Shown piece by piece: positions 1 through 8,821 of a stretch of DNA of 22,098 nt. The translations under genes and the position numbers were made by a program. Location of the stretch: positions 1 to 22,098 of the forward strand of contig JAZDJN010000100.1 of the NCBI GenBank assembly GCA_043803945.1, read 5' to 3'. The stretch comes from a bacterium (GTDB lineage Bacteria > Bacteroidota > Ignavibacteria > UBA10030). Positions within the stretch are counted from its first letter, which is position 1. Every line of letters begins with the position of its first letter. The notes beneath the pieces are model-generated. The model was not told the DNA's origin and searched no databases. It saw only the letters and a program-made list of their open reading frames with translations.

Positions 1-112
1 CACGCCTGCCCGACTTGCCTGCACGCCAAGGTGGGCCTGTTACTTGCCTGCCGGTAGGTATGGCAGGCAGGCGGGGAATCCAGATCAAAGAAATCATTTG
101 ATTTCTGATCTG
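1..112. repeat. Nested REP-like palindromic element (GCCTGC/GCAGGC units ending in GCGGGGAATCCAG), followed by a hairpin; probably cut by the window edge
   Basis: Three GCCTGC units in 4-51, answered by GGCAGGCAGGCG at 62-73, then GGGAATCCAG. Hairpin CAGATCA-aa-GAAATCA/TGATTTC-TGATCTG at 80-111. Resembles the widespread CCTGCCTGCCGGCAGGCAGG and GCGGGAATCCAG intergenic repeat types (recognised from memory). Confidence 0.6.
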
Positions 113-267
113 CTGTCCGGTATCAATGCGTTCTCTCTTAAACGCAAGAGAGGCATAGCCATATGTACATAACCACCGTCAGAGACGGTGATTTCTATGC
201 CTTACTAAAAAAGGATGCTCACTGCGTTGACGATTGTGATTCGTGGGCAATTCTAATCCAAGTGTCG

Positions 268-2655
268 TTATTTTTTGTTCTTGACATATTTATCGGCCCA
301 TTCAAACATCTCTGCAAGTGTATGGAGATTGGATTCACGCGCAGAGTATCCATGGCTTTCGAATGGCAGCAGCACCAGCCGTGCTGTCCCTCCATTGCCG
401 CGAATTGCCTGAAAGAGCCGGTCGGACTGGATTGGGAACGTACCCTGATTATTGTCCGCTTCACCATGTATCAGAAGAATCGGTTCATTAATTTTATTGG
501 CATACATGAACGGGGAGACTTTCATATACACATCTTGTGCATCCCAGAAGGACCTTCTTTCGCTTTGGAATCCAAACGGAGTCAACGTACGATTATAAGC
601 ACCGCTTCGTGCTATACCGGCAGCAAATAAATCGGAATGAGCAAGGAGATTCGCCGTCATAAATGCTCCATAACTATGGCCCGCAACGGCGACACGCTTT
701 GGATCAATGACACCCATCTGATCCAGCTTATCGATGGCAGCTTTAGCGGAACTCACAATCTGTTCGATGAAGGTATTATTCATGGTTTCAGGATCGCCGA
801 CAACAGGCATTGTCGCATCATTTAGTACAGCGTAACCCTGAGTGAGGAACAGGAGTTGCGAGGCCCCCCTGAAGAAGGTGAAGGCATTCGGTGAGACGCG
901 AACCTGTCCGGCTGTTCCGGCATCTGAGTATTCAAGCGGATAAGCCCAGATTATACATGGCAACCGCGTCCCCTCTTTGTATCCGGGAGGCAAATACAAG
1001 GTTCCGGAAAGTGGCACACCATCAGCACGCGTATACTTGATCAACTCTTTCCGAATCCCGGTCAGTTGAGGTGCGGGATCCTTAAACTGTGTCAGAGGAG
1101 TGCTAGATTTGCTCTGAGCTTCCAGAAGGAAATAATTTGGGACCTCGGTTTTCGATTCAGAGCGAATCACAAAATTCGAACGCGATCCTTTCACAAATCC
1201 CATGAATCGTTCCAACTTTTTCTCATCGGATTGGAAGAGTCGTTCTTTTTGAAGTGTGACAAGATTGAATTTATCGATGAAAGGCCTCTCGCCCTGTTCT
1301 GAGGCTCCATCACCGGTGAGGTAGATCCAATCGCCGTCTTGCAGTAATGTCGTCTCACCATTCGGTTTCCGGTCCGCCAGAGGGCGGCCTGGATCATTGT
1401 AAGCATCCTGTGTGCTGAGGTCAAACAGAGTTTTCTTTGTCTCAGGTTTTTGCAGATTTACAAACCAGGTTGTTCTCCACCGACGATCGCGATTTGTCTC
1501 AGTCAGAATCGCTGCATCCTTTTGTGCTGTCCAGGCAAGGCCGCTGAATCGATGCTGGACTTTCATAATTTCAGAAGGTTCTGCCGTGAAGGGTGCAGAG
1601 AGTGTTAACACCCGATCACGATTCGGTACCTTCTGCATAGGATCGCCTCCATCCAGAGCTTCAGCCCAAACCAACGTTGCCGGATGCAGGGATTGCCAGT
1701 CGATGCTGCGCGGCCCTTTTTGTACACCCTGTGTAGGAACATCATCTGCAATCGGAAGGTCTGCCAGTACCTTAACATGCTTTCCCTTTGCATCCCAGAT
1801 CTCGATGCTTCGTGCAAAGGACGAAGATGGAACACGATATGAAAATGGCTGCTTTATCCTGCTGACGAGCAGATATTGTTCCGAGGGAGAAAAATCGATA
1901 CTCGTGTACATATCTGGTTTCCCAAGTAATTGCAGCGCACCATTCGTGCTGCTGACGAGACCCAACTGTGACATTGAAAAGTATGCAAAGAGTTCTTCAT
2001 CATAGGGGGTCTTGAGAAGGTCCTGAAATGTGGGCGTTCGCGAAATGCGGCCTGAAGTCTCTTCCACATTAGGTCCAATCGGCACCGATTGCGGCTTCGG
2101 AGATTTGGAGTTAGTCGAAGGTACCATTTTCACAAGAAGATGCACATTATCCCCCATCCAGCTCACGGGTTGACCGAGGATATCATTGAGGTGGAATGAT
2201 CCAACCCGATGGCATTTTGCACTCTTTACTTCTGCAACCCAAAGTTCTACACCATTTTCAACATCTCTTGAAAAAGCGATTTTTGTACCATCGTGCGACC
2301 ATAGCGGCATACCAATTTTTGCATTTGCAGGAATGTCGATGCGAACCGGTTTGCCTTGTGGTAATTGTTGAACGAGTATTCCTTTGGTATAATTGAGACG
2401 CTGCCGAGCGTGGAGCTGTGGAGAGATCCTCATGCCGGCAATTCGATGGATTGGCTGCACAACCAGAGAGAGCGGCGGCATCGCATTAGACTCGATGAGC
2501 ATCATAGCATCGCCACGAGGACTCATACTCACCGAAGGTGTTGGAGGAGCATCGACGATATCGAGAACTTCTTTTGGAGGGACTTTATATCGTATTTGGG
2601 CATTGAGGGAAAGTGAGACAGTTAGTGCGAACAGGATGATAATCATTCGACGCAT
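268..2655 (-). CDS. S9 family serine peptidase (prolyl oligopeptidase fold; glutamyl endopeptidase/S9D-like), exported
   Basis: 795 aa. Signal peptide MRRMIIILFALTVSLSLNA-Q, beta-propeller-like N-region, nucleophile GHSYGA, acid HGEADNN, base ESHGY. AAGGAG SD at 2663-2668. Confidence 0.93.
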   Translation of the reverse strand: MRRMIIILFALTVSLSLNAQIRYKVPPKEVLDIVDAPPTPSVSMSPRGDAMMLIESNAMPPLSLVVQPIHRIAGMRISPQLHARQRLNYTKGILVQQLPQGKPVRIDIPANAKIGMPLWSHDGTKIAFSRDVENGVELWVAEVKSAKCHRVGSFHLNDILGQPVSWMGDNVHLLVKMVPSTNSKSPKPQSVPIGPNVEETSGRISRTPTFQDLLKTPYDEELFAYFSMSQLGLVSSTNGALQLLGKPDMYTSIDFSPSEQYLLVSRIKQPFSYRVPSSSFARSIEIWDAKGKHVKVLADLPIADDVPTQGVQKGPRSIDWQSLHPATLVWAEALDGGDPMQKVPNRDRVLTLSAPFTAEPSEIMKVQHRFSGLAWTAQKDAAILTETNRDRRWRTTWFVNLQKPETKKTLFDLSTQDAYNDPGRPLADRKPNGETTLLQDGDWIYLTGDGASEQGERPFIDKFNLVTLQKERLFQSDEKKLERFMGFVKGSRSNFVIRSESKTEVPNYFLLEAQSKSSTPLTQFKDPAPQLTGIRKELIKYTRADGVPLSGTLYLPPGYKEGTRLPCIIWAYPLEYSDAGTAGQVRVSPNAFTFFRGASQLLFLTQGYAVLNDATMPVVGDPETMNNTFIEQIVSSAKAAIDKLDQMGVIDPKRVAVAGHSYGAFMTANLLAHSDLFAAGIARSGAYNRTLTPFGFQSERRSFWDAQDVYMKVSPFMYANKINEPILLIHGEADNNQGTFPIQSDRLFQAIRGNGGTARLVLLPFESHGYSARESNLHTLAEMFEWADKYVKNKK

Positions 2656-2693
2656 AGCTCAACTCCTTTTTGATAGGTGAGAGGAATTGGTTC

Positions 2694-2722
2694 AATCTAT
2701 AAATCAACGAGAGGAAAAGCAA
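2694..2722 (-). promoter_or_regulatory. Putative sigma70-type promoter for the S9 peptidase
   Basis: Minus strand TTGCTT-N17-TAGATT, 38 bp upstream of the ATG. Confidence 0.45.
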
Positions 2723-2729
2723 CCCATGA

Positions 2730-4757
2730 TCAGAATCTTATATCGAGCTGCATGCTGAATCGATTGTCGCGATCACCCTGAATCTCACCCAATCCTGATC
2801 CAATCGATCTCGCTCCATCCTTTAATAATTCGGAATATTTCACTGAGAATCCGATCGAGGAGGTAACTTCTGCATCAATTGTACAATACCATCGCATTCC
2901 TCTCCCATAAAGAGCCGGGTTGGCGAACACCCCAACAAGATCATGCTCATACTCGTAGACCCTGCTGTTATATGAATCAGTATGAAAAAAGATTACCCTG
3001 TTTTCCATGTGCAGCCATCGCAAAATTATACTATGAATATCCTGGTACAACAGGTATCCCTTTTCGAGAGAAGCAGAGCTGCCAATCCTGAGTATCTCCA
3101 ACCTGCTGCCCCACCGAATTGCTGGAGTAACCATCCATTGAAGATTGACTCGAAGATTTTGTTTTATAGTTTCCATCCAGGAATTTCCCAGACCGGACTC
3201 ACTCTGTGACGCGACTGAAAAGTCTTCCGACCTCTTATTCCGATAATTCAACTGAATTCTAAGATTGGTGATAGGCTTCAATTCCAGCACGAAGCGATAT
3301 TCTTTCCCTTGCGACGGCATCACGCTGGAAGTTGTCTTCCATCGAAATGAATAATGGTCAAAATATCCTGACAACGAAAACCAATCGACGGTTGATAGTT
3401 TACCGCCAAGATAAAGCCCAAATTCATTCCGCACATCATCACCATGCTCTCCCATTGCACCACCAAGGAGGCTCTGGAATTCCTTGGGATAGGAACGCAC
3501 ATGAAATAAAAATTCGACTCCTTTTCTCGGCATGCTCTGCAACCCTAGTGTCAGAGCTGTTGAAGCGGACTGATCTCTCGCGACTTCAGCAGCAATTGAG
3601 AATGAGTGCAGTGTATAGAGAAGATCCAGACTCATATTGGAAGTTTCGTTCCCATTGAAGGCAAACAAGCTTCGCTGCTGTACGACCTTACTAAACGAGT
3701 GTCGTTGCGCCGCAATGCCAATTCGCAATTCCTCAACTGGAATGAGGACTGAGCGAATCCCAAAGGTCCTTGCCTCGGCTGACCGTTTATCCCTCAGTTC
3801 ACTTTCTGTTCTGAATAGACCTGTTGTGTTAAGGCTGGTGATTTGATCGTTTTCATTGAGTGAAGCATTAATATCTCTCTTCGAGTAAAAACCGAGCAGA
3901 CTCCATCCATCGCCCTGCAACTCTGTACCAACACCACGAAAGAGAGCGTTCTCATTACTGGAGAGAGAAGAATGCATCCCGCTCTCCAATGTCCTGGATG
4001 TCATCATCACATCTCCAGACTTTCCTCTTATCGAAGAACCTGAGAATACCAATCCCTGGCCCGTGAAGAGGACAAAATCACCGAGTATCAACCGGGTTAA
4101 GTACTGCGGCAGGTGAACCTGGATATAACCAGAATAGTGATCGGCAAGCTGCAGTTCACCGGCATCTTTCTCTGTGAGAAGACCCATGCTTATAGCTGCC
4201 AGAGGACCTTGTGAAGAGTATTCACTTCCGGAATTCCAGATGTTGTACTGAAGATTCAAACGCTGGTAGAGCTTATCGGGTGAACCGAGATACTTGTGCT
4301 CCGTAAAGCCCCTTCGCTCCTGCATGTCTCTTATCCATCGTACTCGGTAGGAGCCGTTGTACCGTACCTCCATCCCCTCGTTATCGAGTGTTAGACACTG
4401 GTTGATGATCGAAAACAATTCAGGCGATATGCCGTCGACAGAAAGTAAATCTTCGACATGAAGAACCCGGCCCTCAGTTCTCTTCTCAAGTATGTTTAAT
4501 GCGATGATCGGAGTGACACCGGGTATCTGAAGTAAATCTCCAACTGTCGCACTCCGGAGATTGATGGGATGCTCTTTTAACTGATAAAAGTAATCGAGGA
4601 GCTGCGATTCTTCACCTTCGGGATTCAACTCCCCCAGCCAGGATTCAAGCAAATCCCAGGATTGCATTGACAGCGAATCTTTTTTCTGCTGAGATTGTGA
4701 AGAGAGATCATCTTCAATCAACAGAATAAGCAAGAGAGACAGTATCCATCGTTTCAT
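2730..4757 (-). CDS. Helix-hairpin-helix (ComEA-like) domain-containing outer-membrane beta-barrel protein
   Basis: Start moved to ATG 4757 (MKRWILSLLLILL, signal-like), 5 bp after the upstream stop. HhH motifs PINLRSATVGDLLQIPGV and VEDLLSVDGIS. The remainder has alternating amphipathic strands and ends in QLDIRF (terminal Phe, BAM signal). Confidence 0.8.
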   Translation of the reverse strand: MKRWILSLLLILLIEDDLSSQSQQKKDSLSMQSWDLLESWLGELNPEGEESQLLDYFYQLKEHPINLRSATVGDLLQIPGVTPIIALNILEKRTEGRVLHVEDLLSVDGISPELFSIINQCLTLDNEGMEVRYNGSYRVRWIRDMQERRGFTEHKYLGSPDKLYQRLNLQYNIWNSGSEYSSQGPLAAISMGLLTEKDAGELQLADHYSGYIQVHLPQYLTRLILGDFVLFTGQGLVFSGSSIRGKSGDVMMTSRTLESGMHSSLSSNENALFRGVGTELQGDGWSLLGFYSKRDINASLNENDQITSLNTTGLFRTESELRDKRSAEARTFGIRSVLIPVEELRIGIAAQRHSFSKVVQQRSLFAFNGNETSNMSLDLLYTLHSFSIAAEVARDQSASTALTLGLQSMPRKGVEFLFHVRSYPKEFQSLLGGAMGEHGDDVRNEFGLYLGGKLSTVDWFSLSGYFDHYSFRWKTTSSVMPSQGKEYRFVLELKPITNLRIQLNYRNKRSEDFSVASQSESGLGNSWMETIKQNLRVNLQWMVTPAIRWGSRLEILRIGSSASLEKGYLLYQDIHSIILRWLHMENRVIFFHTDSYNSRVYEYEHDLVGVFANPALYGRGMRWYCTIDAEVTSSIGFSVKYSELLKDGARSIGSGLGEIQGDRDNRFSMQLDIRF

Positions 4758-4762
4758 CGTAA

Positions 4763-5575
4763 TCACTTTCCAAGATTGTAGTGAATTTCGAATTGGTGAG
4801 TCCAACCCAATTCACTATGGCTGGAGGCACCATACCCAATCTCACATGACGAAATGCGAATGCTAAATCCTGCAGTGAATGTTGAAGGATTATCGCCCGT
4901 GCCGCATCGGAGAAGAAACACATCCATGAAGGACTTTTCCAATCCCGCCCGCAGACTGAGTGGATAGCGGACATCTTTTTCAAGGCTCATCACAAACCGA
5001 AAATCTTCGGCGGGCCCATACTCAAGTCCAAGGTTGAGTATTTGAGGTAATCGCTCATTGGTTCTTCCGATGCGGGAACACGCAACATTTTTCCAGCAGC
5101 ATCCCAATTCTAATTGCTGGAAAGGTTTACCGATAATTCCAATATTCATCGTCCCTTGCTGCGTTGATCCATAACCTGCAATCGTGAGCGAATAGACAGC
5201 GGCACTTACACCAACGGCAAAGTTTTCTGAGAGTGGAAACCCTATACCGGTATGAATCGAGGTTTCGTTGTAGAGATCAAAACCAAAATGCTCGATACTG
5301 GCTCCTGCAACTCCGGTTGAAATCGGTATCGTGCCGGCGAGAGCAGCCGATCGCAATTCGTGAAGCTGGAAAAGCCCTGGAGAATAGAGGATTGAAAAAC
5401 TCTGTTGAGAGTAATAGGCCAGTCGTGCGGTATTCGCAGCGACAGCCCACGCCCCGCCGGCTGCCATGAACGATCGGCCCATGGCGTGAGAGCGTGTACC
5501 GGAGGGATATTGTTCTCCGGCTCTAAGGAGGAGCAGAGGTATCCCAACAAGAAGCAAGAGCGTTCGTGTTGTCAT
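4763..5575 (-). CDS. PorV/PorQ/FadL-like outer-membrane beta-barrel protein
   Basis: Start moved to ATG 5575 (AAGGA SD, hydrophobic signal MTTRTLLLLVGIPLLLLRA), which removes the overlap with the divergent gene. N-terminal GTRSHAMG...NTARLA matches the G-x-R-x-x-A-M-G...N-P-A motif of this barrel class. C-terminal LGWTHQFEIHY strand. Confidence 0.72.
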   Translation of the reverse strand: MTTRTLLLLVGIPLLLLRAGEQYPSGTRSHAMGRSFMAAGGAWAVAANTARLAYYSQQSFSILYSPGLFQLHELRSAALAGTIPISTGVAGASIEHFGFDLYNETSIHTGIGFPLSENFAVGVSAAVYSLTIAGYGSTQQGTMNIGIIGKPFQQLELGCCWKNVACSRIGRTNERLPQILNLGLEYGPAEDFRFVMSLEKDVRYPLSLRAGLEKSFMDVFLLRCGTGDNPSTFTAGFSIRISSCEIGYGASSHSELGWTHQFEIHYNLGK

Positions 5576-5586
5576 GGGAGTTTTCC

Positions 5587-5617
5587 TTGAAGGTTGAAGG
5601 GAAATTGGATATATTTG
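5587..5617 (+). promoter_or_regulatory. Putative promoter for DUF4835/porD
   Basis: TTGAAG(5587-5592)-N17-TATATT(5610-5615). TATATTTG also fits the Bacteroidota TAnnTTTG element. Lies in the 70-bp divergent gap. Confidence 0.55.
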
Positions 5618-5645
5618 AATTGAATACATAACAACCGGGTTGCTT

Positions 5646-6557
5646 ATGAAAACAAAAATTCTTCTCACAGTGCTTGTCATCGTCACGGTTTTTCAGTTCG
5701 CCCAGGGACAGCAGGAACTGAATTGTAAAGTCACAGTCAATGTCGATAATATCCCCTCAGCACGCCGCGACTACCTACGTACCTTTGCTGAGGACGTTGA
5801 GCGCTACTTGAACGGGACACGTTGGACCGACGAAGATCTCAGTGGTGAGAAAATTGATTGTAACATCCAGATCTTTTTTCTTCCTCCCCCTGGTGAAAAC
5901 CAATACTCCGCCCGTGTTATCATTTCCAGCCTTCGCCCTGTCTTTATTGAAAACGATAAATCGACACGCACCACGCAGGTGTTTAATTTCGTTGATGACA
6001 AGTGGGAGTTCACCTATACGCTCAATCAATCGATTACCAAAGACGATTACCGTTTCGAGCCTTTAGCTAGTTTCCTTAATTACTATGCGTACGTGATCAT
6101 TGGCCTTGATCTGGAGACATATGTAGAATCTTCCGGCGCCAACGCTTTTCAGAAAGCACAAAACATCTGTAATCAGGCAGCAGGGACGTCCTATGCGAAA
6201 GATTGGCAGAGTCAGGCAGGAAGCTACAGCCGCTACGGATTCATGGAAGAACTTCTGAATCTTCGTTACCAGCAATTCCGCCGTGGATTCACTTCGTACC
6301 ATTTTGACGGATTGGACCTCCTTGCTACCGACAAAGCCCAGGGATTGAAAGCAATGCTGAAGGCCATCGAATCAATAGCTGAAATGAGAAAACAAAATCC
6401 CAGGAGCATCCTCATTCGCTATTTCTTCGATGCGAAGTACCGTGAGATCGCCGATGCATTTCAAGCATCGACAGAGCTCGATTCCTTTCAGCGGCTTATT
6501 GCTGCGGATCCTTCTCACCAGAGTACATACGAGGAATACCAGGCAAGACGGCGATAA
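5646..6557 (+). CDS. porD: DUF4835 family protein (type IX secretion system-associated PorD)
   Basis: About 303 aa from ATG 5646, with signal peptide. Family-typical QELNCKVTVN, YLNGTRWT, EKIDCNIQI, LNYYAYVIIGLD, YHFDGLD, FFDAKYREI and DPSH motifs. Confidence 0.82.
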   Translation: MKTKILLTVLVIVTVFQFAQGQQELNCKVTVNVDNIPSARRDYLRTFAEDVERYLNGTRWTDEDLSGEKIDCNIQIFFLPPPGENQYSARVIISSLRPVFIENDKSTRTTQVFNFVDDKWEFTYTLNQSITKDDYRFEPLASFLNYYAYVIIGLDLETYVESSGANAFQKAQNICNQAAGTSYAKDWQSQAGSYSRYGFMEELLNLRYQQFRRGFTSYHFDGLDLLATDKAQGLKAMLKAIESIAEMRKQNPRSILIRYFFDAKYREIADAFQASTELDSFQRLIAADPSHQSTYEEYQARRR

Positions 6558-6691
6558 CGTGCCCGGATTCTTCTATCACTGTATGGTGTCAGTAGAGAAT
6601 ATTCCCTGAATGGGTATGCGGAAATCCATGAACCGGAGAGACCTCCCTTTCCAGTGCACACAACAAACCTCTGCCTGTAGCTCCCTAAGTA

Positions 6692-8800
6692 CTACTCACG
6701 CGTAATGCTTGTGATCAGATCACCAATCTGAATTTTATCAACAACGTCCATTCCTTCTATAACCTTACCAAAAATTGTGTAGCGGCCATCGAGTCGCGGC
6801 GCTGCAGTATGGGTGATAAAGAATTGACATCCTTCGGTATCCTTGCCAGAACTTGCCATCCCCACCATACCGCGCTGATAATTCTGGAGAGAAATTTCAG
6901 TTCGGATACTGTATCCCGGGCCACCCCACCCATCCCGACGCGGATCACCACCCTGGATAACAAAACCCGGTACAACCCGATGAAAGAGTAATCCATCATA
7001 AAACTTCTTTTCGACCAATCGAATAAAGCTCAACACGGTAAATGGAGCATCCTCTTTTAAAAGTTGAATTTTAATAATCCCTTTATTCGTCGTGATGACA
7101 ATACGCTGGTCAGCCTTTATGGCTGACAATTCTTTAAACTCTTCTTCCTGGCGTGCTACGAATGCAGTTTCGAGTATTTTGCTGCTTAGCTCGGCTCCCG
7201 TTACCGCCTTTATCGCTACACTGGCAATAGTGGAGATTGTCCGATTTGGTGTTTGCATTGCTTTTTCCAGCAAGGGGAGAAATCGCTTATCCTTTAGCCT
7301 GCCCATTGCCATGATCATAAAACGCATCGGCTCAACATCATCCGGGACGTGCAGGCGGCTATACCCCTGCGAAAGAGCCTGAATCAAATTCTCCGATTCA
7401 CCGGGTTTATTGAAGAGAGTAAAGACCGTTGAATCGCCAATGGCATTTGCCACGAGGCCCATAATTGCAATATCGCCGCGCTGTAATGAGCGCAATGCCT
7501 TCTCGTATAATTGTCCGCGGACCTCGTCCCAATTTGGTAGTTCTTTTTGAATGCGTGATCGGGCCGATTGAGCCAGGAAAAGCCTTAAGTTATCCCAGGC
7601 AGTCATGGCAACTCGCACAGAATCATCTGTGGCATCCAGCAAGATGAGAAAACTCTTCCCCGAAGAGATATAGCTATACCCTTCGATGACCTTCGTTCGC
7701 TCAAGCACTGTTAGCTGCCGGTTGGCAGAAAAATTTGCTTTCAAGAATTCTGAAGGAAACAGTTTTGCCAGTGTGGCAATAGCCTCGCCCCTGATCATCA
7801 CAGCGTCCTTGTTAGGAGTTGAAGCAAGTGCGAGTAAAGTTCTTTTGAATGCCGTCGTATCTTTCCACGTCTTCAACTGAGCGACCGGTACTCGTGACCA
7901 GGATTGCAAAGCTGCGATCAAGACATGGCTGTTGGTTGAATTAAGAAAAAGTGACAGTGATGGAAGCACAGATCCATCACTTACTGCTTTGTTGCCATAC
8001 GCCTGAGCAAGCTGAACCTGGACCTTCCAGTCATTTTTTTTCTGTTCTGCACTTCGCAGCAAAGACAATATCGAGGCTGATTCTTCAGCCTTTGTGGCGC
8101 CCAGCATGGCGGCAAGTTGAGTCCTCACCTCAGCCGCTGGGTCGTTGCACAATGTCTTTAAATCGTCTACTCTTTTAGAGAGTTCAATATCGAGCATCCT
8201 GTAGGGATTCATCTGCGTCAGGCTGAACAACGCAGCCCATCGGACTGCTGGATCAGCATCTATTAAAAGATCGAGACAACACCACACTGCGCGTTCATTC
8301 TTGATGTCACGCCGTGCAAATCGTGAAAGTGAAAGCGCTGCATCATATCGGTAGGATGCCGGTTTCGATTTCGTCTCCATTTCAGCTATCGCATAGAGTG
8401 CTTGTTCATCCCCCAATTTACCAAGTGCCTCTGTCAATTTTGTGACGACCGGCGCAACCCGCTCTATCGAGAGCTGGGTGAGAAGTGAATCCTGTGCGAG
8501 CGGTGATGCAATCTGGCCAAGAGCAAACGCTGCTGCAGCCCTCACGGTTGAGTCGGGATCTCTCAGAAGCGGTATGAGTGTTTTGACTGTTGTCTCATCC
8601 TGAATATTTCCAAGCGCAATTGCAGCATGAAAACGGATGACCGGTTGTGTGTGTTGGAGATAAGCAACGAGCTTGCCGTTTCCCGGTGAGCGTTCGTCCT
8701 GAAGCTTCAGGATATTCTTTATAGCATCGTCCATTGTCTGACTGATGAGAAGAATTGGAAATATGACGATGATTGCTATGGGAATAAATCTTTTCAACAT
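6692..8800 (-). CDS. HEAT-repeat protein with C-terminal cyclophilin-type peptidyl-prolyl cis-trans isomerase
   Basis: 702 aa with signal peptide. HEAT/PBS repeats (IRFHAAIALGNI, DSTVRAAAAFALGQI, DPAVRWAALFSL). Cyclophilin motifs FYDGLLFHRVVPGFVIQGGDP, GMAS, QFFI, LDGRYTIFGKV. Confidence 0.92.
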   Translation of the reverse strand: MLKRFIPIAIIVIFPILLISQTMDDAIKNILKLQDERSPGNGKLVAYLQHTQPVIRFHAAIALGNIQDETTVKTLIPLLRDPDSTVRAAAAFALGQIASPLAQDSLLTQLSIERVAPVVTKLTEALGKLGDEQALYAIAEMETKSKPASYRYDAALSLSRFARRDIKNERAVWCCLDLLIDADPAVRWAALFSLTQMNPYRMLDIELSKRVDDLKTLCNDPAAEVRTQLAAMLGATKAEESASILSLLRSAEQKKNDWKVQVQLAQAYGNKAVSDGSVLPSLSLFLNSTNSHVLIAALQSWSRVPVAQLKTWKDTTAFKRTLLALASTPNKDAVMIRGEAIATLAKLFPSEFLKANFSANRQLTVLERTKVIEGYSYISSGKSFLILLDATDDSVRVAMTAWDNLRLFLAQSARSRIQKELPNWDEVRGQLYEKALRSLQRGDIAIMGLVANAIGDSTVFTLFNKPGESENLIQALSQGYSRLHVPDDVEPMRFMIMAMGRLKDKRFLPLLEKAMQTPNRTISTIASVAIKAVTGAELSSKILETAFVARQEEEFKELSAIKADQRIVITTNKGIIKIQLLKEDAPFTVLSFIRLVEKKFYDGLLFHRVVPGFVIQGGDPRRDGWGGPGYSIRTEISLQNYQRGMVGMASSGKDTEGCQFFITHTAAPRLDGRYTIFGKVIEGMDVVDKIQIGDLITSITRE

Positions 8801-8821
8801 GGGGCACCTTGCATTGTCAAC

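Noticed and set aside
163-630. 155-aa plus-strand ORF, and the 197-aa ORF at 1412-2005
   Set aside because: Antisense shadows of the well-supported S9 peptidase, with no recognisable motifs.
5576-5686. N-terminal extension of the 307-aa ORF
   Set aside because: It overlaps the divergent porD gene and promoter; the signal peptide and SD point to ATG 5575.
6558-6691. Possible terminator between convergent porD and the HEAT-PPIase gene
   Set aside because: Only short imperfect stems without a U-tract were visible.
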